A stretch of 64,000 bases of DNA from Thermoanaerobaculia bacterium (GTDB lineage Bacteria; Acidobacteriota; Thermoanaerobaculia; UBA5066). Positions 55,491 through 62,107 of the stretch are shown one piece after another (position 1 is the stretch's first letter; each line of letters starts with the position of its first letter). The notes beneath the pieces were generated by a model that searched no databases, had not been told where the DNA came from, and saw only the letters and a list, made by a program, of their open reading frames with translations. A program made the position numbers and the translations under genes. The stretch covers positions 193,254-257,253 of the forward strand of contig CAWEJK010000002.1 of the NCBI GenBank assembly GCA_963809425.1, given 5' to 3'.

Positions 55491-56080
55491 GGTTCTTCTT
55501 CTATCTTTTCTTCGACATTCTGCTCTGGGAACAGCTCGGTCTGCGCCGTGTTCGTCTCGACGCCGTAGAGCGCGTCGAGGTCCTCCGGGCGCGGGAGGTC
55601 CTTCAGGTCGGCCAGGCCGAAGTGAACGAGGAATTCCTTCGTCGTCTTGTAGAGGAACGGGGTCCCGACGACCTCCTTGCGGCCGGCCGTCGTGATGAGC
55701 TTCTTGTCGAGGAGGGTGCGCAGCGAGGACGCCGAGTTCACGCCGCGGAGCTCCGCGATCTCGGGCGCCGTGACCGGCTGCCTGTAGGCCACGATCGACA
55801 GCACCTCGAGGCTCGCGATCGAGAGCTTGTTCCTTCCTTCGAGCCCGAGCAGGCTGCGAACCGGCAGGTCGAATTCGTTGCGCGACACGAGGCGCGCGCC
55901 GCCGGCGACGCGGTCCACGCGCACGCCCCGCCCCTCGGCCTCGCAGGCCTTCTCGAGCGCGTCGAGCGCGACCTCGACCTCCGCCTTCGTGATTTCCGCG
56001 GCCTCGGCGAGCCGCTCGACGGTCGCGGGCTTGCCGGACGCGAAGAGCAGGGCCTCGAGGAGCGCGACGTGCGTCGTCAC
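55487..56080 (-). CDS. scpB: Segregation and condensation protein B
   Basis: GTG 56080 (GTGA overlap with the scpA stop). Contains LEALLFASGKPATVERLAE, LSIASLEVLSIVAYRQPVTAPEI and GTPFLYKTTKEFL. Confidence 0.9.
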   Translation of the reverse strand: MTTHVALLEALLFASGKPATVERLAEAAEITKAEVEVALDALEKACEAEGRGVRVDRVAGGARLVSRNEFDLPVRSLLGLEGRNKLSIASLEVLSIVAYRQPVTAPEIAELRGVNSASSLRTLLDKKLITTAGRKEVVGTPFLYKTTKEFLVHFGLADLKDLPRPEDLDALYGVETNTAQTELFPEQNVEEKIEEEP

Positions 56081-56889
56081 CGGTAGGCCTCCTCGTAGCC
56101 CTCGAGCGACGCCGATTCGCCCGTCGGGTCGAGATAGATCTCGTTGAACTCGCCGTCCTGCCGCGCGCGGACGACGCGGAGCCTCAGGAGCTCGAGGACG
56201 GCGAGGAAGATGGCAATCGCCTCGCCGCGACCGGAGAGCCCGCGGAACACGTCCGAGAGCGGCACGGGGCCGTTTCCGGCCTTCACCCGCGCGAGCATCT
56301 GCTCCATCTTCTCCTTGATGGAGAACTTCTGGTGGGCGATCTCCATCGAGGGCGGATGCTGAGAGCGGTACCGGTCGACGGCGCCCTTGAAGAAGGTCAG
56401 AAGGTCGAACAGAGAGACCTCCGAGAGGTCGGTCTCCTCGGCCTCCCCTTCCCCGGCGTCGACCCTCGCGGGCGGCCGGCCCCACAGCCCCAGCCGGACG
56501 GCCTCCATCTCGTGCAGCGACTCGGCGACACCCTTGTACTTGCGGTACTCGAGGAGGCGCCTCACGAGCTCGTCGCGCGGATCTTCCCCCGGCTCGCCCC
56601 CCCCGGCGGCCGCGCGCGGCAGCACCATCTGGGACTTGATGTGAAGGAGCATCGCCTCGACGTAGAGGAACTCGGCCGCGATCTCGAGGTCGAGCTCGAC
56701 CATGAGAACGATGTACTCGTGGTACTGCCGGCAGATGTCGGCCACGGGGAGATTCCGGAGGTCCACCTCGTTCTTGCGGATGAGGTGGAGGAGCAGGTCC
56801 AGCGGCCCCTCGAACATCGGCAGCTTCAGCGGGTAAGGCTGCATGAGGTCCGCGCCGGCCGGGACGGGGATGCGGATGCCTTCAGTCAT
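56077..56889 (-). CDS. scpA: Segregation and condensation protein A
   Basis: 270 aa. Contains LPMFEGPLDLLLHLIRKNEVDL and IAIFLAVLELLR. Confidence 0.9.
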   Translation of the reverse strand: MTEGIRIPVPAGADLMQPYPLKLPMFEGPLDLLLHLIRKNEVDLRNLPVADICRQYHEYIVLMVELDLEIAAEFLYVEAMLLHIKSQMVLPRAAAGGGEPGEDPRDELVRRLLEYRKYKGVAESLHEMEAVRLGLWGRPPARVDAGEGEAEETDLSEVSLFDLLTFFKGAVDRYRSQHPPSMEIAHQKFSIKEKMEQMLARVKAGNGPVPLSDVFRGLSGRGEAIAIFLAVLELLRLRVVRARQDGEFNEIYLDPTGESASLEGYEEAYR

Positions 56890-56890
56890 C

Positions 56891-56928
56891 GGAGAAGAGG
56901 GGATTTCTTAGAAGGTGAAGAGAGGCGA
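56891..56928. repeat. Solo F arm of the inverted-repeat element, filling the trpS-scpA spacer
   Basis: GGAGAAGAGGGGATTTCTTAGAAGGTGAAGAGAGGCGA. Confidence 0.7.
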
Positions 56929-56931
56929 CTC

Positions 56932-57927
56932 TCACAGCAGCCCCATCGCGTTCGAAACGCGTCCCATCGTTTCGTTCGCAATTTCTCTCGCCTTCTCGTT
57001 TCCCGCCTCGAGGACGTCTCTCACGTAGCCCGGTTTCGCGACGATTTCCGCCCGCTTCTGGCGCACGGGCTCCAGCGCGGCGTTCATGTTGCGGATGAGG
57101 TGCTTCTTGCAGTCCACACAGCCGCGCGCCGCCGTGCGGCACTCGGAATCCACCACCTTCTGCTCCTCGGGGGGCGAGTAGAGGACGTGGAACGGGAAGA
57201 GGTTGCAGACGTCGGGGTTCCCCGGGTCGGCGCGGCGCGCGCGGCCGGGGTCCGTGACCATGCTCATGACCTTCTTCTCGACGTCGGCGGCGGAGTCGGA
57301 CAGGGCGATCGTGTTGTCGTAGCTCTTCGACATCTTCCGGCCGTCGAGACCCGGCACCTTCGGGGTCGCCGTGTACAGTGGCTGCGGCTCGGGGAAGACG
57401 TCGCCGTAGAAACCGTTGAAGCGCCGGACGATCTCCCGGCATATCTCGAGATGGCTCTCCTGGTCCTTGCCGACGGGCACCCAGTGCGCACGATGGAGCG
57501 CGATGTCGGCCGTCATGAGAACCGGGTAGCCGAGAAAGCCGAACGTTCCGAGATCGCGCTCGCGGAGCTGCTCGATCTGCTCCTTGTACGTCGGCACGCG
57601 CTCGAGCCAGCCGAGCGGCGTGATCATCCCGAAGACGAGAGCCAGCTCCGCCGTCTGCGGAACGCGCGACTGCACGAAGATGACGGACTTCTCCGGGTCG
57701 AGGCCCACGGAGAGCCAGTCCGTCGCGGCCTCGAGCGAGGCGTGGCGAATCTGCGACGCGTCGGCGTAGTCGGTCGTGAGGGCGTGGAGATCGGCCACGA
57801 AGTACCGGCAGTCGTACTCCGCCTGCAGGTCCACCCAGTTCTTCACGGCCCCCCAGTAGTTGCCGAGGTGCACCCGGCCCGTCGGACGAAGGCCGGAGAG
57901 GACGATTTTCCTGGAAGGTCCGGCCAT
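56932..57927 (-). CDS. trpS: Tryptophan-tRNA ligase
   Basis: ATG 57927. HIGH-type VHLGNYWG and KMSKS motifs. The upstream part of the listed ORF is Arg-rich. Confidence 0.94.
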   Translation of the reverse strand: MAGPSRKIVLSGLRPTGRVHLGNYWGAVKNWVDLQAEYDCRYFVADLHALTTDYADASQIRHASLEAATDWLSVGLDPEKSVIFVQSRVPQTAELALVFGMITPLGWLERVPTYKEQIEQLRERDLGTFGFLGYPVLMTADIALHRAHWVPVGKDQESHLEICREIVRRFNGFYGDVFPEPQPLYTATPKVPGLDGRKMSKSYDNTIALSDSAADVEKKVMSMVTDPGRARRADPGNPDVCNLFPFHVLYSPPEEQKVVDSECRTAARGCVDCKKHLIRNMNAALEPVRQKRAEIVAKPGYVRDVLEAGNEKAREIANETMGRVSNAMGLL

Positions 57928-58568
57928 CAGGCCCTCAGCCACTGGATCACGAGGTTCTGCACGGGCCGCATGACGAACCCGAGCGCTCCCGTGAACATCG
58001 CCACGATCAGGATGATGAAGCCGAACCGCCGCAGCCAGATGATGGCGGGGAGCGCGGCAGCGGGCGCGAGGCTCTCGACGACGCCGAAGCCGTCCAGGGG
58101 CGGGATCGGCAGCAGATTGAAGATCGCGAGGGAGACGTTCACGAGAACCGAAAGGGCGAAGATGAGCGAAAGCGCGTACAGGGGGCTCGCTTTCGAGGGC
58201 ACCTCGCTGCCTTTGACGAGCTCGAAGGCGGCGCCGAACACGACCGCCAGCAGCAGGTTCGAGAGCGGCCCCGCCGCCGAGACGAGGAGGTTCGCCCGGC
58301 GCGGATTCGGGACGCCCCGGAGCGAGACCGGCACGGGGCGCGCCCAGCCGAAGACGGGCAGCCCCGAGAAGGCGAGCATCGCCGGGAACAAGAGGCTCCC
58401 GATCGGATCGAGGTGCTTGAGGGGATTCATCGTGATGCGCCCCAGGTCCCGTGCCGTGTTGTCGCCGCACTTCATCGCCACGTAGCCGTGGGCCGACTCG
58501 TGGAACGAGACGGCGAACAGCAGCACAACGATCTGGATGACGATTTCGAGCGTTTTCTGGGGGTCCAC
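57927..58568 (-). CDS. Site-2 protease family (M50) membrane metalloprotease
   Basis: 213 aa. HESAHGYVA (HExxH) and NLLPIPPLDG motifs. Multi-TM. Confidence 0.85.
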   Translation of the reverse strand: MDPQKTLEIVIQIVVLLFAVSFHESAHGYVAMKCGDNTARDLGRITMNPLKHLDPIGSLLFPAMLAFSGLPVFGWARPVPVSLRGVPNPRRANLLVSAAGPLSNLLLAVVFGAAFELVKGSEVPSKASPLYALSLIFALSVLVNVSLAIFNLLPIPPLDGFGVVESLAPAAALPAIIWLRRFGFIILIVAMFTGALGFVMRPVQNLVIQWLRA

Positions 58569-58628
58569 GGCGCCCTCGGGCGCGGATTCACCGCGCGGGC
58601 GCGGATGTTAACCCGGAACGAGAAGGCG

Positions 58629-60800
58629 TCAGTCTCCGGCCGGAAGATCGGCGGCGCGGAGAAGGAGGGGCGTGCGGAAGGGAGCGTCCGCGTTCCCCGC
58701 GAGGAGCCGCGAGGCTTCGTCGCGGGCGCGCTTCATCCAGGCGACGTCGCGGACGAGATCGCCCACGCGGAAGAGCGGCACCCCGCTCTGGCGCGTGCCG
58801 AGCGCGTCGCCGGGGCCCCGGCGCTTGAGGTCTTCCTCGGCCACCACGAATCCGTCGTCCGTCTTCTCGAGAACGGCAAGCCGCTCGCGCGCTTCGGGCG
58901 ACGCCTTCGTGCCGAACAGAAGCACGCAGCGCGAGGTCCGTTTCCCGCGCCCGACGCGTCCCCTGAGCTGATGGAGCTGGGCGAGGCCGAAGCGCTCGGC
59001 ATTCTCGATCAGCATGTAGGAGGCGTTCGGCACGTCGACGCCGACCTCGATGACGGTCGTCGCCGCGAGGACGTCGAGCCTGCCGGCCGCGAACTCCGCC
59101 ATCGTCCGCTCGCGCTCCTCGGGGGGAATACGGCCATGCACGACGCCGACACGTCTTCCGGGCAGGGCCCGGCGGACCTCCTCCACGTGCTTTTCGACCG
59201 CGCGCGCCTCGATCTTGTCCGACTCCTCTATGAGGGGGACGACGACGTAAGCCTGGCCCCCGGCCCGGATCTCGGCCTCGATCTCCCGGAACGCGCCGCC
59301 ACGCTCGGCCTCGGGGAGCACGCGCGTCGCGACGGGCGTCCTCCCCGGCGGTTTTTCGTCGAGCGTCGAGACGTCGAGGTCCCCGTAGAGCGTGAGCGCA
59401 AGAGAGCGCGGAATCGGCGTCGCGGACATCACGAGGAGGTGCGGCTTCTGGCCGGCCGTGTCGGCCCCGTCGGCTCTCACGGCCTTCGCCGAGAGCGCCG
59501 TGCGCTGGGCGACCCCGAAGCGGTGCTGCTCGTCTATGACGATGAGCCCGAGCCGCAGGAACTCCACGGGCTCCTCCAGGAGCGCGTGCGTTCCGACCAG
59601 CAGGTTGACGCGGCCGCCCGCGAGCTGGTCGAGGAGCGCGGCGCGGGCCTTCCCTTTGACGCGGCCCGTGAGTAGCGCGGGCACGAGCCCGGACTTCGCG
59701 AGCAGGCGGAAGATCGTCGCCGCGTGCTGCTCGGCGAGGATCTCCGTCGGCGCCATGAGGGCGGTCTGGTACCCGCATGCGGCGGCAAGGACGGCCGAGA
59801 GCACCGCGACGATCGTCTTGCCGCTCCCGACGTCGCCCTGGAGGAGGCGCCGCATGGGCGTGCCGCGCCGGAAGTCCTCGCCGATCTCGCGGATCACCCG
59901 CTTCTGCGCTCCGGTCAGCGCGAACGGGAGGAGAGCCTTGAGCCGCGCGCGGATGGCGTCGTCGGCGGCGAGGAGAGGAGCTGGATCGGCGGCGCGCGCG
60001 CGGCGCCGCCGTTGAAGGCCGACCTGGAACTCGAGGAACTCCTCGTAAACGAGTCGATGGAGATGGGGCGAGGTCCGCGAAGTCCAGGGCTCCGCGTCGG
60101 CCGTGCCGCCCGCACTGCCCGGGAAATGCGCCTCTCGCAGGGATTCGGAAAGAGACGGCAGCTTCGGACCCTCGCCTTTCCGGTCGTGGATGCGTTCCGG
60201 GAGACGGTCTGCAAAGTTTCTTAGAAGGTGATTGACGACTCGCCTCCGCATCCGCGGTGTGAGTCCGGGAAGCTTGCGGTAGATCGGCACGACCCGGCCG
60301 ACGGAGAGGGGATCCGTTCCGTCGAGCGAGCCGGCGCCGCCGCCCGCCCCTCCTCCCTCTTTCTCTTCACCTTCCAAGAATTCTTCTATCTGCGGGTTCT
60401 CCATGACGAGCCCGCGCCGATAGCGCGCGGCCTGTGTCGCCATTCCGTAGACCCAGAAGATCTTCTTCGGGACCATCCACCGCTGGAGGTATGGCTGGTT
60501 GAAGAAGACGAGGCGGAGAGAGCCCGAGCCGTCGTCGAGGATCGCCTCGAAGATCGTGAAGCCGCGGCGCCGCGTGCGAATGAGGCGCGCGGACAGGACC
60601 TCCCCTTTCACGGTGGTCGCCGGCCCCTCGGGCACGAGAGCCGAGATCGGCGCGATGCGCGTGCGGTCCTCGTAGCGGAACGGGAGGTGGAGGAGGAGAT
60701 CGAGCGCCGTCTCGACTCCGGCCTCGGCCAGCTCCTTCGCGCGCGCGGGGCCGACGCCCGGCAGCGTGGCAAGCGACGGGAGCGGCGGCGGCGGGAGGAT
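58629..60800 (-). CDS. recG: ATP-dependent DNA helicase RecG (start codon unresolved)
   Basis: LQGDVGSGKT, VIDEQHRFG and QLHQLRGRVGRG motifs. The conserved N-terminus LPGVGPARAKELAEAGVETALDLLLHLPFRYEDRT is encoded in frame upstream of the listed GTG 60635, but with no ATG/GTG/TTG. ATC 60800 or CTG is a candidate start. Confidence 0.9.
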   Translation of the reverse strand: MLPPPPLPSLATLPGVGPARAKELAEAGVETALDLLLHLPFRYEDRTRIAPISALVPEGPATTVKGEVLSARLIRTRRRGFTIFEAILDDGSGSLRLVFFNQPYLQRWMVPKKIFWVYGMATQAARYRRGLVMENPQIEEFLEGEEKEGGGAGGGAGSLDGTDPLSVGRVVPIYRKLPGLTPRMRRRVVNHLLRNFADRLPERIHDRKGEGPKLPSLSESLREAHFPGSAGGTADAEPWTSRTSPHLHRLVYEEFLEFQVGLQRRRRARAADPAPLLAADDAIRARLKALLPFALTGAQKRVIREIGEDFRRGTPMRRLLQGDVGSGKTIVAVLSAVLAAACGYQTALMAPTEILAEQHAATIFRLLAKSGLVPALLTGRVKGKARAALLDQLAGGRVNLLVGTHALLEEPVEFLRLGLIVIDEQHRFGVAQRTALSAKAVRADGADTAGQKPHLLVMSATPIPRSLALTLYGDLDVSTLDEKPPGRTPVATRVLPEAERGGAFREIEAEIRAGGQAYVVVPLIEESDKIEARAVEKHVEEVRRALPGRRVGVVHGRIPPEERERTMAEFAAGRLDVLAATTVIEVGVDVPNASYMLIENAERFGLAQLHQLRGRVGRGKRTSRCVLLFGTKASPEARERLAVLEKTDDGFVVAEEDLKRRGPGDALGTRQSGVPLFRVGDLVRDVAWMKRARDEASRLLAGNADAPFRTPLLLRAADLPAGD
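60216..60390. repeat. Element-like F and R arms inside recG (wedge/linker region)
   Basis: GTTTCTTAGAAGGTGATTG (60216-60234) and CCCTCTTTCTCTTCACCTTCCAAGAATTCTTCTATC (60355-60390). Confidence 0.5.
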
Positions 60801-60805
60801 GGCGC

Positions 60806-61591
60806 CTACGCCTTGCTGACCCGGAACGTGAGATCCACGAGCCCGAAGCGCGTGCGGTCTCCGTCCTTGATCGTCACCGGCTGGCCCGTGACGATGCGCG
60901 CGCCGTTCACGAAAGTGCCGTTCATCGTCCCGATCTCCTCGACGACCCTGAACTCGCCGTTTTCGTGGACGATTTTCGAGTGCCGGCGCGAGACGGACCT
61001 CTGCGTGTCGAGGTTCGCGAGATCGACGTCCGGTTTGATACCCGTGACGGGGTCGATCCGCCCCACGGTGGTTTCGCCGTCGCGGTTCAGGAAGAACTCC
61101 TCGCCGCCCGCGGATGCCACGAGCCGGAAGATGTCGTGGCGCTCTGCGACCTTCGAGAAGATGTCGGAGGAGCTCTCGTCGAGTGCCGGAGCCGCGCCCG
61201 TGGATTGCTCGAGGAGCTTCGTCGTCTCGCGCAGTCTCCGGGAGAGCTTGCGGAGCATCCGCACCGCGATCTCCGCGTTGTGCCGGAGCATCTCGTCGAA
61301 CGTCGACTGGTTGATCCGGACGAGCTCGACGTCCGTCTTCGCGCGCGCCGAGGCCGTGCGCGGCACGTCCTCGAGAATCGACATCTCGCCGAAGAAGTCG
61401 CCCTTCTCGAGCGTTGCGAGGAGCTTCTCCTCGCCGCGCCGGCTGCGCTTGATGACTTCGACGGAGCCGGACTGGATGACGTACATCTCGGTGCCGACCT
61501 CGCCTTCCTCGAAGATGGTCTGGCCGGCGGAAAAACGCGCGAGGTAGTCCGTGAACCCGCCCGGCGCCCCCGACTTGACGACGACCTTCAT
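60806..61591 (-). CDS. Cyclic-nucleotide-binding domain protein with C-terminal FHA domain
   Basis: cNMP-binding region: FEEGEVGTEMYVIQSGSVEVIK...GDFFGEMSILEDVPRTASARA. FHA region: TVGRIDP...VSRRHSKIVHENGEFRVVEEIGTMNGTFVNG. Start is ATG 61591 (MKVVVKS) or the listed ATG 61654. Confidence 0.8.
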   Translation of the reverse strand: MKVVVKSGAPGGFTDYLARFSAGQTIFEEGEVGTEMYVIQSGSVEVIKRSRRGEEKLLATLEKGDFFGEMSILEDVPRTASARAKTDVELVRINQSTFDEMLRHNAEIAVRMLRKLSRRLRETTKLLEQSTGAAPALDESSSDIFSKVAERHDIFRLVASAGGEEFFLNRDGETTVGRIDPVTGIKPDVDLANLDTQRSVSRRHSKIVHENGEFRVVEEIGTMNGTFVNGARIVTGQPVTIKDGDRTRFGLVDLTFRVSKA

Positions 61592-61689
61592 AGGCGCGGG
61601 AAGTTTATCCGAACCCGAATCGATTCGATGTGCGCCGCAGCCGGGGGTCTTCAAGAGCGATTCATCAGGGAGGGCGCGAGAAGGCCGAA

Positions 61690-62096
61690 GTGACTCGGGC
61701 CGGACGATAAGCCGGATTCTGTAACCGGTCGGCTCGCGCCTTCCGGCCGGCGGTCATTCCTCCAGGCCCGGCCTTTCGGACGGGCTCGAGCGACCGACCC
61801 GGTGACGTCGGCCGTGAAGCCGCGAGGGCGGGCGCCCCTTCCATCACCCTATTTGGTCTTGCTCCGCGTGGGGTTTCGCCTGCCGGTCCCGTTGCCGGAA
61901 CCGCGGTGCGCTCTTACCGCACCTTTTCACCCTTACCTGCGCCTCGCGGCGCGTCGGCGGTATGTTTTCTGTGCCACTTTCCTTCGGGTTACCCCGACCG
62001 GAATTTCTCCGGCACGCTGCCCGCGGGAGTCCGGACTTTCCTCCCCTCCTTCCGCCGAAGCGTCGAGAGCGGCGACCGCCTGTCCGGCCCGAGTCG
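61690..62096 (-). ncRNA. rnpB: RNase P RNA, bacterial type A
   Basis: Reverse strand contains GGAGGGGAGGAAAGTCCGGAC, GGCACAGAAAACATACCGCC, GGTAAGGGTGAAAAGGTGCGGTAAGAGCGCACCGC and ACAGAATCCGGCTTATCG. P1 pairing is ACTCGGGCCGGAC with GTCCGGCCCGAGT. Ends are approximate to within +/-5 nt. Confidence 0.93.
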
Positions 62097-62107
62097 TGTC
62101 GAGGATA

